From contig CALLAL010000010.1 of assembly GCA_938002255.1 (NCBI GenBank), positions 2,117-66,116 on the forward strand: 64,000 nt of DNA. The letters run 5' to 3'. Under the pieces are notes generated by a model. The model was given only the letters and a program-made list of their open reading frames with translations, made no database searches and was not told the DNA's origin. A program made the translations under genes and the position numbers. Source of the DNA: an uncultured bacterium. GTDB lineage: Bacteria; Desulfobacterota; BSN033; UBA1163. Below are positions 1-8,786 of the stretch, piece by piece. How positions within the stretch are numbered: the first letter of the stretch is position 1; every line of letters starts with the position of its first letter.

Positions 1-954
1 TGGTAAATCTCTCATTAATCCAATGGCTTGACTGATGGGTAAGACCCCATTTTCTAAGTCCCCATTTTCGACAGCCACTCGAAGTCCTCTCAACCCAAGT
101 GCCTGGCGGGCAAGATCCTGGACCCCCCGTTGTTTGAGCCCTCCCAGGAACAATTTATATAACGGAGCATCCACCATCTTCTTAATACGAAGAGCGCTTA
201 AAAATGCCTTAAAGAGAGAGGGTCTCTCCTGCGCCATTTTTATGGCTGCCGGATTTTTAAGCCATCTCCCAGGCAATCCATCGATCTTTTCCGAGCAGAG
301 GGTGTCTTCCATGCCTGCCTTCAAAGAGATCTCTTTCGCTTTTTCATGCATCTCGCATTCCTGAGTCAGCATAAACCGGGTTCCCATGGAGATTCCATCT
401 GCTCCCAAAACCAGAGCTGCAGCCAATCCCCTTCCATCGCAGAAACCACCAGCCGCGATAATGGGCAGTTTCGTGTGTCGAGAGATCGCATTGATCAACA
501 CCATTGTCCCCACTTCGGCTCCATGGGCCGCTGCCTCATGACCTGTGACCACTAAGGCATCGGCTCCATCTGCTTCTGCCCGGCGCGCATGTTTTTCAAT
601 AGCCACTGTTGCCAGAACTTTTCCCCCATATTGATGAGCCCTTTGGATGATCCAATCGCCTTTTCCCAGTGCAAAGTTGATAATCGGGACCTTCTCTTGA
701 AGAGCGATTTCTATGTTTTCTCTTGCATTGGGCATGACCAGGGTAGCGTTGATGCCAAACGGCTTATTCGTTAGAGATTTTACTTGTTGAATCACCTCTC
801 TCATTTGATCCGGTCCATAGGCGACCGAATTTAACATTCCTATGCCACCTGCGTTGGAGACTGCGGCGACGAGTTTGGGTAAACTGATAAATGCCATGGC
901 TGCAAGCATAATCGGATGCTCGATTCCCAGGAGTTCTGTCATTTTCGTCTTCAT
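1..954 (-). CDS. Nitronate monooxygenase / FabK-like enoyl-ACP reductase family (NMO, FMN TIM barrel); 3' end runs off the window
   Basis: Absent from the ORF track because the frame is open to the window edge. My reverse-strand translation from ATG 954 gives MKTKMTELLGIEHPIMLAAMAFISLPKLVAAVSNAGGIGML...IIAAGGFCDGRGLAAALVLGADGISMGTRF, the NMO family pattern. GGAGGG SD sits 4 nt upstream. Confidence 0.75.
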   Translation of the reverse strand, partial: MKTKMTELLGIEHPIMLAAMAFISLPKLVAAVSNAGGIGMLNSVAYGPDQMREVIQQVKSLTNKPFGINATLVMPNARENIEIALQEKVPIINFALGKGDWIIQRAHQYGGKVLATVAIEKHARRAEADGADALVVTGHEAAAHGAEVGTMVLINAISRHTKLPIIAAGGFCDGRGLAAALVLGADGISMGTRFMLTQECEMHEKAKEISLKAGMEDTLCSEKIDGLPGRWLKNPAAIKMAQERPSLFKAFLSALRIKKMVDAPLYKLFLGGLKQRGVQDLARQALGLRGLRVAVENGDLENGVLPISQAIGLMRDLP

Positions 955-1208
955 GGAGCCCTCCTTTTGGCCGGAAATGGAAGAGATCAGTCTGGCCGTG
1001 CAGATTATCCCAGATTTAAAATGGTTTTGCAATTTTAATTAAAGTATGGCGCAAATCATAACGAATAACACGAATCAAACCAAAGGGTTCTATTGAAAGT
1101 CATCCGGTTTATGCTTCTCTTCTGATATAAAAAATCCTTGTAGTTTAATGTCGAATATGCTAACAATCATTAACAACAGAAAAAAGTCACCAATGGGGAG
1201 GTGAACCG

Positions 1209-2282
1209 ATGGGGCTTTACAAAGTCGTCTTTTTAGGTCTTAAGGTAGCCGGGCCGGACGAAGAGACACGATTACTCGAAGGACTTCAGAAAAAATTTAA
1301 ACTTACTCCTGAAAGAGCAGAGAGCTTGCTGCAGAGAGTGCCCATCGTCGTGAAGAAAGGAATCTCCCGCGAAGAGATGGAGAGGTATGTCAGGGTGTTC
1401 GAAGAGATCGGGGGACGGGTGAGGGTTGAGGAAGAGCCTGAAATGGAGTTTGCAGAAGTTTCTCCTCCCTTTGAACCACCTCCCAGACCAAAAGTGGAAT
1501 CGAAACCCCATATGGGGTCTACCGTCACCTGTCCACAATGCGGTTTTCAGCAGCCAGAGACTGATGAGTGTGTTAAATGCGGGATTGTTATCTCGAAGTT
1601 TAAACAATATCAGGAGATCGCTCGGTCCATTGAAGGCCAGGTTCGGGAAATTGTCACCGAAGAAAAAGTTTCTCCCTGGGAGAGTGGAGAGGGTTTTTTC
1701 TGGGCCTATCTGAGGACAACAAGGGAAGCTCTCTTTTCTCCAACTCAATTCTTTAAAAAGGTCTCAGCGGGAAATGGCTACTGGTCCCCTCTTATCTATG
1801 GAGTCATCTCCGGGCTTATTGGGGTTGGCGTCTCCATGCTCTATCAGTGGTTTCTTTTTGCCGGCTTCCTTCCAGCCCAGATCCATGCCTTGATTCCATA
1901 CAATCTCATCCTCTTCTTTACCCTGATCGGGATTCCCTTCATGATCGCCTTATCCATGTTTGTCGGGAGCGGGATCACCCACCTCTGTCTTATGATTGTG
2001 GGGGGGAATAAGCATGGATTTCAGGCCACTTTTCGGGCCATTGCGTATTCTTTCTGCGCTCATCTCTTTGATATGATCCCCTTTATCGGAAGCTTTATCG
2101 GGTCTGTTTATATGATTGTCCTCATCATCATTGGGGTGAGAGAGGGGCATGGAATCACCACTGGAAAAGCAGCGCTGGCGGTTCTCCTCCCAGTTTTGAT
2201 TGGTTTAATATTCGTCTTTTTGGCTCTTCTCATTCCATTCTTCTTAGGATCGATGAGACTCTTAGGAGGAGTGGGCGCATGA
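1209..2282 (+). CDS. Membrane protein: soluble N-domain, CxxC...CxxC zinc ribbon, and a Yip1-like 5-TM C-terminal domain
   Basis: ORF track 357 aa. Contains CPQCGF...CVKCG followed by a hydrophobic multi-TM C-terminus resembling Yip1 domain proteins. GGGGAGG SD upstream. Confidence 0.5.
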   Translation: MGLYKVVFLGLKVAGPDEETRLLEGLQKKFKLTPERAESLLQRVPIVVKKGISREEMERYVRVFEEIGGRVRVEEEPEMEFAEVSPPFEPPPRPKVESKPHMGSTVTCPQCGFQQPETDECVKCGIVISKFKQYQEIARSIEGQVREIVTEEKVSPWESGEGFFWAYLRTTREALFSPTQFFKKVSAGNGYWSPLIYGVISGLIGVGVSMLYQWFLFAGFLPAQIHALIPYNLILFFTLIGIPFMIALSMFVGSGITHLCLMIVGGNKHGFQATFRAIAYSFCAHLFDMIPFIGSFIGSVYMIVLIIIGVREGHGITTGKAALAVLLPVLIGLIFVFLALLIPFFLGSMRLLGGVGA

Positions 2283-2315
2283 CCTCTTAACAGAACAGGT
2301 TGCATCTATTTTGAT

Positions 2316-2338
2316 GGGGCATAACAAGCCCCTTTTTT
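2316..2338 (+). terminator. Intrinsic terminator after the Yip1-like gene
   Basis: GGGGC-ATAACAA-GCCCC followed by TTTTTT. Confidence 0.6.
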
Positions 2339-2395
2339 GTTTTATAATTTTTTTCAGTCAGGGACAGGGCACAGGAAGGAGCAAAAAACTCAGTT

Positions 2396-4537
2396 ATGAG
2401 CAGAAAAGAGAAGAAGAAAAAAATAAAGGAAAGAGCCTTTACCACAGAGGCGATTCTAAGACTGATGGAGGAAGAAGACCGCCCTCTGCTTTTGAGAGAG
2501 ATCCTTCATCCCCTTGGTATTTCTAAAGAGCAGAGGCGGCTTCTCAGAGAACACCTGAGGGATTTAGCAGAAGAGGGAAGGGTGGTCAAAATCCGGGGAA
2601 ACCGCTATGGCCTTCCTACAAAGATGAATTTGGTGGTGGGCAAGGTCCGATGCCATCCTGATGGATATGGGTTTGTCATCCCCGAAAAGGAGGGGGAAGA
2701 AGATGTTTTCATCAACCCAAGAAATTTAAAAGAGGCTATGCATGGAGACCGGGTCGTAGCCAGGGTTGAATCCGTCAGAAGGAGAGGGAGAGAAGGAAAG
2801 ATCATCCGGATTCTGGAAAGAGGATTAAAAAAAGTAGTTGGGAAGTTCATGAAGGCAACCCACTATTCTTATCTCATTCCAGAAGACGAACGACTACTCC
2901 AGGAGGTAATCATTCCTGAAGGGCAGACGAAGCGTGCGAAGCCCAATCAGATTGTTGTGGCCGAGATCACTCAATATCCCACGGAAAGAACAAGGCCTGA
3001 GGGACGGGTAACGCATATCCTTGGCTATCCAGATGACCCTGAGATCATTCCTCAAATTATCATTCATAAATATGACCTTCCTCATCGATTTTCCTCTGGA
3101 GCTCTCAGGGAAGCAAAAAACCTTCCTGCTTCCCCCAGATTAGAGGATGAACATGGGCGTGTTGATTTACGGGACATTCCTACGTTCACGATTGATGGGG
3201 AGAGTGCGCGAGATTTCGATGATGCGGTCTCCATTGTGGAAGAGGTCGATGGGAGCCTCACCCTCTATGTTTCCATTTCAGATGTCAGTCACTATGTGAA
3301 AGAAGGAACCTTACTGGATGAGGAAGCTTATCTGAGAGGGACGAGCGTCTATTTTCCAGACCGTGCTATTCCGATGTTTCCTCCAGAACTCTCCAATGAG
3401 ATCTGCTGTCTCCTTCCCCGAGTAGACCGCCTGACCTTAACCGTTGAGTTGAAGTTTAATTCAAAGGGTGAGCCCCAAGGAAGTCGTTTTTATCAAAGTA
3501 TCATTAGAAGCCATGGGAGGTTGACCTACACGATCGTCAGGAGGATGTTGGTGGATCAAGAAGAAACCCTCAAGGAGGAGTATAAGTCTGTTGTCCCTTC
3601 TTTGGAAAAGATGGCTTTTCTTTCTCAGCGCCTCCGTCAGAGAAGGATGGAAAGGGGGGCCCTCGATTTTGATCTCCCGGAGCCGGAGGTCATCCTTAAT
3701 CTCCAGGGTGAGGCAAAGGAGATTATACGCTCTGAGAGAAATCTGGCTCATCAGATCATTGAAGAGTTTATGATCGCAGCCAATGAGGCCGTTGCCCAAT
3801 GGATGCAAGGAAAGGGAGTTCCTTCTCTTTATCGGATACATGAACCGCCTTCCGAGGAGGCGACCGAAGCGTTTCGGAATTTTATCTCCCATCTGGGGTA
3901 TAGAATCGAAAAGAGAGCTGACCGCTCCCCAAGAGAATTTCAACGAGTCCTTGAAGAGGCCAAGGGAAGGCCAGAGGAAGGGGTCATCAATCATGTCCTT
4001 CTCCGATCGATGAAATGGGCCAAATATTCCTCTCGAAATATCGGACATTTCGGCCTTGCCTCCCATGCCTACACCCACTTCACCTCTCCCATCCGGAGGT
4101 ATCCGGATTTGATCGTCCATCGGCTTCTGAAGAAGACCTTGTTGGAAGAGAAGATTGAAACTCCGGATGAAGAGTTGGCAAAGAAAGCAGATTATCTTTC
4201 CCAGAGGGAACGGGTGGCGATGGAGGCGGAGAGGGAGATTTTAGACCGGTATCGGGTTCGATTTATGAAAGATAAGATCGGTGAGGAATTCGAAGGCGTC
4301 ATCAGCAACGTCACGGCGTTTGGATTTTTTGTTGAACTGAAGGAAATCTTTGTGGAAGGGCTGGTCAGGGTAACCGGTCTCCACGATGATTATTACCATT
4401 ACCATGAGGATAAATACTGTCTTGTCGGTGAAAGGACGCGTAAGCGTTTCAGGGTTGGAGATCCGGTCAGGGTAAAGGTGGAGCGGGTGGACGTGGAACG
4501 AAGGCACATCGACTTTGGATTGGTATCAAAAAGATAG
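2396..4537 (+). CDS. rnr: Ribonuclease R (RNB exoribonuclease with C-terminal S1 domain)
   Basis: 713 aa. Lys-rich N-terminus, cold-shock/OB region, RNB core (TIDGESARDFDDAVS, HFGLASHAYTHFTSPIRRYPDLIVHR) and S1-like C-terminus. Confidence 0.9.
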   Translation: MSRKEKKKKIKERAFTTEAILRLMEEEDRPLLLREILHPLGISKEQRRLLREHLRDLAEEGRVVKIRGNRYGLPTKMNLVVGKVRCHPDGYGFVIPEKEGEEDVFINPRNLKEAMHGDRVVARVESVRRRGREGKIIRILERGLKKVVGKFMKATHYSYLIPEDERLLQEVIIPEGQTKRAKPNQIVVAEITQYPTERTRPEGRVTHILGYPDDPEIIPQIIIHKYDLPHRFSSGALREAKNLPASPRLEDEHGRVDLRDIPTFTIDGESARDFDDAVSIVEEVDGSLTLYVSISDVSHYVKEGTLLDEEAYLRGTSVYFPDRAIPMFPPELSNEICCLLPRVDRLTLTVELKFNSKGEPQGSRFYQSIIRSHGRLTYTIVRRMLVDQEETLKEEYKSVVPSLEKMAFLSQRLRQRRMERGALDFDLPEPEVILNLQGEAKEIIRSERNLAHQIIEEFMIAANEAVAQWMQGKGVPSLYRIHEPPSEEATEAFRNFISHLGYRIEKRADRSPREFQRVLEEAKGRPEEGVINHVLLRSMKWAKYSSRNIGHFGLASHAYTHFTSPIRRYPDLIVHRLLKKTLLEEKIETPDEELAKKADYLSQRERVAMEAEREILDRYRVRFMKDKIGEEFEGVISNVTAFGFFVELKEIFVEGLVRVTGLHDDYYHYHEDKYCLVGERTRKRFRVGDPVRVKVERVDVERRHIDFGLVSKR

Positions 4538-4609
4538 ACATTGTCTCAGAGCTCCGGACCGGCATTCCGCAAGGGAAAAGTTTCTAAATGCTAAAGTGTG
4601 ATGAATTGT

Positions 4610-5665
4610 TTATCTTTCCCCTGAGACCATCTTTGCAATACGACGATCGATTCTGGACATGGCCAATTGGTCGAGGTCGTTGATGGCAACCCATCGTGTT
4701 GTCCTTCTGCTGCCGAAATACTGGCAATAAAAGACATGGAGAGTAAGTTTGAAGTGGGAGTAGGTCTGCTGGAAGGTGCCCAAAGGCACCTTCCCTTTAA
4801 CCCTTAACCCAAGCTCGCTTTTAACTTTTAGTTTCAAGTATTCTATTAAATCCTTTTTCCCCTCTACCGGCCAGTTCGGGAATTCCCATAATCCTCCTAA
4901 GAATCCCTTTACTGGTCTCTGATTGAGAAGGACGTGTCCATCTTTTAGGATCACAGCGGCGACCGCTTCAATGTGGGGAATTCGTTTTTTCGGGTTTTTA
5001 AAAGGGAAATGTTCCGGTTTTCTTATCCGGTATGCCTTGCAAAGTTTATTCAAAGGGCACCGAAGACATAAAGGGTTTTTAGGGGTGCATATTGTGGCGC
5101 CGAGGTCCATGAGAGCCTGGTTGAATGAACCGGCATAACCCTCTGGAATCAAGGAGGCTGAATATTTCCACAGAAGGTTTTCCGTTTTTTTCGCAACCCC
5201 TGTCATGGCAAAGAGTCTTGAAAGAACCCTCTTTACATTTCCATCGAGAATGGGCACTTCCTGGTTGAAAGCAATAGAAAGGATTGCACCTGCCGTGTAT
5301 CTACCGACTCCGGGGAGACTGAGAAGGTCTTTTAGATTGTGAGGAATTTTTCCGTCAAAATGGTTCAAAATAGTCTTAGCGGCTCGATGCAGGTTTCTTG
5401 CCCTCGAATAGTAACCGAGTCCTTCCCAAACTTTTAAGACCTTTGATAAATCGGCTCTGGCCAGAGATCGGATTGTGGGAAAGGTCTTTAGAAATTTCTG
5501 ATAATAGGGAATGACCGTTGCTACCTGAGTCTGTTGAAGCATTATCTCTGAGACCCAGATCGCATAGGGATCTCTGGTTTTTCTCCAGGGAAGGTCTCTT
5601 TTTGTTTTTTCAAACCATTGAAGTAATTTGGATTGGATTTTCTTTTTCAAATCAAACTGCAGCAC
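4610..5665 (-). CDS. mutY: A/G-specific adenine DNA glycosylase
   Basis: 351 aa. HhH-GPD region (LPGVGRYTAGAI), 4Fe-4S loop CTPKNPLCLRCPLNKLC and a NUDIX-like C-terminal domain. Confidence 0.9.
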   Translation of the reverse strand: MLQFDLKKKIQSKLLQWFEKTKRDLPWRKTRDPYAIWVSEIMLQQTQVATVIPYYQKFLKTFPTIRSLARADLSKVLKVWEGLGYYSRARNLHRAAKTILNHFDGKIPHNLKDLLSLPGVGRYTAGAILSIAFNQEVPILDGNVKRVLSRLFAMTGVAKKTENLLWKYSASLIPEGYAGSFNQALMDLGATICTPKNPLCLRCPLNKLCKAYRIRKPEHFPFKNPKKRIPHIEAVAAVILKDGHVLLNQRPVKGFLGGLWEFPNWPVEGKKDLIEYLKLKVKSELGLRVKGKVPLGTFQQTYSHFKLTLHVFYCQYFGSRRTTRWVAINDLDQLAMSRIDRRIAKMVSGER

Positions 5666-6615
5666 ATCTCGATAAATTTAGTTTCGAAGCCGATTTCTTT
5701 GGCGTATTCGATCGTACGTTGAAGAGGATAGGCGATCGTATTCAGCCCGGAATCGATGGCACCTTTTTCCATCCCTGCTTTTGAGGGATGAGCCGGCCGG
5801 ATGCAACCCATCCGGATGGGAGTTATCGGGTTAAGGATCCGTGCGATGGCTGAGATTTTAGAAGTTTCATCCGGCGTTGGCGTTCTGAAGGAATTTCTTC
5901 CAACCAAAGGTTTAAGAACCACCAGTACGATTGTTTCCACACCGACCCGGGTGACGATTTCGAGGGCTTTCCACTCTCCCCGGATTTCTCCAAAGTGATG
6001 GCCGATGATGATGTGGGGAGCAAGCCTGTGGCCCATCTCTTTCAGCATCCAGAGCGTCTCCTCATAATCCTTTACTTTTTTGTCTAAGTGATAAACCTCT
6101 CGAATGGTATCCTCATCGCCGATAACATCGATCAGGATTTGATCCACTCCTGCCTCTTTTAGTCCTTTGGCCACTTCCCGTTGGATCAAACCGGTATGGA
6201 CGATCATTTTAAAAGGGGGGTTCTTCTTTTTGATCTCTTTGATTGATGGGATAAACTGCTCCAACGGCACTTCGCCCTCCCGGTTTGCTCCCCCGCTGAT
6301 CAGGATTCCAAGGGCGCCCCTTGATCGGAGGTGCTCAATCGTATGGAAAAAGGTCTCAGGATCATTTGCTGGTATCATTGAATTGAGAAGTTTTCCTTTA
6401 CAGTGTTCACAATGGAGGGCGCAGCGGGTTCCTGTGATGCTGACGGCAGCAAAACGGTCTTTTTGGAAGCAATGGGTGGTGTCCCGATAGACGACCGTAC
6501 CGGGGATGGAGAAGGCGAGTTCGTTGCCGAAGTGAAGTTTGCGGAGGCGGAAGGCTTCCGTTTGGAGTTCGGTTAAAGGGAGTTGTATGAACTGATGAAT
6601 GGTTGACTCCATCAA
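5647..6615 (-). CDS. Radical SAM protein, LipS1/LipS2-type lipoyl synthase candidate
   Basis: 322 aa with Cx3Cx2C (CALHCEHC). Last gene of the sLpl-LipT-LipS-LipS cluster. Confidence 0.6.
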   Translation of the reverse strand: MMESTIHQFIQLPLTELQTEAFRLRKLHFGNELAFSIPGTVVYRDTTHCFQKDRFAAVSITGTRCALHCEHCKGKLLNSMIPANDPETFFHTIEHLRSRGALGILISGGANREGEVPLEQFIPSIKEIKKKNPPFKMIVHTGLIQREVAKGLKEAGVDQILIDVIGDEDTIREVYHLDKKVKDYEETLWMLKEMGHRLAPHIIIGHHFGEIRGEWKALEIVTRVGVETIVLVVLKPLVGRNSFRTPTPDETSKISAIARILNPITPIRMGCIRPAHPSKAGMEKGAIDSGLNTIAYPLQRTIEYAKEIGFETKFIEMCCSLI

Positions 6616-6672
6616 TGATCTTCCAATTTAGAATTTGACATTCATTGGGCCTCCGGGTTTTGCCATTTGGAC

Positions 6673-7692
6673 TTACAGCAATTGCCTCCTGATTTCTTCG
6701 ATATCCTCTTTCTCCGGCATAAATGGAAAGTTCCGTATGGGGCCAGAAGGCCTTTCATTGCCGTAAGGACGGTTGCAAGCGACTTTCCCGTTCCTTCCCG
6801 GGCATCCGGAAGTCATAAAAGGCTCACCCATTCGGATCAGAGTTTCGACATCCATACCGAAATCGACCAATTTCCCCCTCTCATCAAATCTCATCTGATC
6901 GATGGAGCTGAGCCCCTCATTAATGATCCAGCGTGCGAGTTGAATTCTCCGGTACTGGTCAAGGGGAGGGGAGGGATGGTCTTGCATGGGACTTCCCTTT
7001 TCAGGAAAGAAGGAGAAAAGATGGGTATAGGCGCCCATGTCCTGGCCTCTTTGGATGGCTTGAACCATCTCTTTCTCTGTCTCACCGAGACCCACGATGA
7101 GATGGATTCCGACATAGAATTTCCCGAACGCTTCCACCCCCATCCGGACCACCTCCCAGTAATGATTCCAGCGATGAGGACCGTTAACGCCTCTTCCTCT
7201 CAGGCGATCGAAAAGCTCGGGTGTTGCGGCATCAATAGCAATGCCAATTCGATCCGCTCCCGACTCTTTCATCCTCCGGAGGGGTTCGATGCCATGAATG
7301 AGTGTCGGTGTGATGAGAATGCTGATGAGAAGATCGGTCCTCTCTTTAAATTGTTTGGTCACATCAATCGTATCCTCGAGGGCTCTGGGATGAGTGATCA
7401 TGGAGATGCAGACCCGATGAATCTGATCTTTACCTTTCGCCCTCTCAATAATCTCATCGAGGGGATAGAGAGGCCAGTCCACACGGATGAAGGTCTTTCC
7501 CTTAGGCCCTTCCTGCCTTGATCTTGAGAGACCACAGAATTGACATCTTCCAAGGCAACCTTCTTCATAGTGAAGAAGAAGGTTGAGCCCTGTCAGCTTA
7601 GCGTTTCGATGAAAAGACCCCTGCTTGAAACCGAGGGTCAATGAAGCTGCCAGACTGGTCTGGATGTATTCAGGACTTGTTTGATGGGTCAT
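6673..7692 (-). CDS. Radical SAM protein, LipS1/LipS2-type lipoyl synthase candidate
   Basis: 339 aa with Cx3Cx2C (CLGRCQFC). 4-nt overlap with the upstream FAD protein gene. Confidence 0.6.
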   Translation of the reverse strand: MTHQTSPEYIQTSLAASLTLGFKQGSFHRNAKLTGLNLLLHYEEGCLGRCQFCGLSRSRQEGPKGKTFIRVDWPLYPLDEIIERAKGKDQIHRVCISMITHPRALEDTIDVTKQFKERTDLLISILITPTLIHGIEPLRRMKESGADRIGIAIDAATPELFDRLRGRGVNGPHRWNHYWEVVRMGVEAFGKFYVGIHLIVGLGETEKEMVQAIQRGQDMGAYTHLFSFFPEKGSPMQDHPSPPLDQYRRIQLARWIINEGLSSIDQMRFDERGKLVDFGMDVETLIRMGEPFMTSGCPGRNGKVACNRPYGNERPSGPIRNFPFMPEKEDIEEIRRQLL

Positions 7693-8786
7693 TTTCTATC
7701 CTTTCTTCTCTCCTCGTAATATTCTTTAAACCCTACCCATGTTTTTCGGATGAATTGATTAAACTCGACCTCTTTTTTATTCCAGTTCTCCTCAAGAAAA
7801 TTCCTTTTTAATGAACCGTATTGAAGCGAATCTCCGAAAGCATCATGGCATTGAGTTTCATAATTTTTTAGATAGTTCAGATCTTTTCGAAGGATGGCTT
7901 CGCCTGCCATTTTACCTGCAATCTGACCGCTTACGATCGCATTCAGAATCCCAGCGCCTGTGATGGGATGGGCATGGCCTGCGGCATCTCCTGCGAGGAG
8001 AATATTCCCGAAGACAATTTGCTTGCGGGGTTCGCAAGGAATGGATCCACCTGTCTTTGAAAGGATCTCAATCCTCGGTAAAGTCCCAGCGTTCTTTAGA
8101 TCGTTAAGAAAACGGTCGAGCAGTTCCTGAAGTCCGGAGGTTTTCGAGAGAGTAATTCCAATCCCCACATTGGCTCTGTTTCCTTTGGGGAAGAACCAGG
8201 CATAGCCTCCCTCGTAATCCCGATGGAAATAGATATCGGTATGAGATTGAGGTTCAAAGAGGACGATTTCATATTGAAGGGCTACCAAATGTTTCAATGG
8301 GGGCTGTTTTATCCAGCTTGCAACAGTGGAGTGAACTCCATCTGCACCGATGATGACTTTGGCTCCAATCTTTTTTTCTTCTTTCGTACCCTCTTGGATC
8401 AAAACTCCTCCTTCAGTCATTTTAACCCCTTTGATGCCTATAGAAAACTCCGCTCCTGCCAGGACGGCAGCGATTACAAGATCTTTATCGAAAAGGGATC
8501 GGTCCAACATATATCCGGGACTTTTTATCTTCAGGGAGGTTTGATCCGGAAGATGAATGACCATGGAATCAATGGATTGGACGATCGAACTGGACCGGAG
8601 GGAAACATATCGAAAGATCCATTTCGAAACCAGTTCTGCACACTGGACAGGCATTCCGATCCTTTGCCTTCGTTCGATTAGAAGAACCTTCACTCCTTTT
8701 CGAGCTGCTTCCTGAGCTGCACTCGAACCGGCAGGACCTGCTCCCACAACGATCAGATCGTAAGAGGATCTCAGAGTCTCAACCAT
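7689..8786 (-). CDS. Geranylgeranyl-reductase-family FAD oxidoreductase (LipT-like)
   Basis: Rossmann motif YDLIVVGAGPAGSSAAQEAARKG. I place the start at ATG 8786 (MVETLRSS...), which overlaps the upstream stop as ATGGTTGA. The track's longer ORF to 9038 would overlap the ligase gene by 260 nt. Confidence 0.7.
   Translation of the reverse strand: MVETLRSSYDLIVVGAGPAGSSAAQEAARKGVKVLLIERRQRIGMPVQCAELVSKWIFRYVSLRSSSIVQSIDSMVIHLPDQTSLKIKSPGYMLDRSLFDKDLVIAAVLAGAEFSIGIKGVKMTEGGVLIQEGTKEEKKIGAKVIIGADGVHSTVASWIKQPPLKHLVALQYEIVLFEPQSHTDIYFHRDYEGGYAWFFPKGNRANVGIGITLSKTSGLQELLDRFLNDLKNAGTLPRIEILSKTGGSIPCEPRKQIVFGNILLAGDAAGHAHPITGAGILNAIVSGQIAGKMAGEAILRKDLNYLKNYETQCHDAFGDSLQYGSLKRNFLEENWNKKEVEFNQFIRKTWVGFKEYYEERRKDRK

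Noticed and set aside
3461-4120. 219-aa ORF on the minus strand inside rnr.
   Set aside because: It is fully antisense to a strongly supported RNase R gene, with no SD and a low-complexity, motif-free translation. Typical shadow ORF.
6667-7521. 284-aa plus-strand ORF.
   Set aside because: It is antisense to the radical SAM gene 6673-7692, which has the Cx3Cx2C motif and operon context. No recognisable domain.
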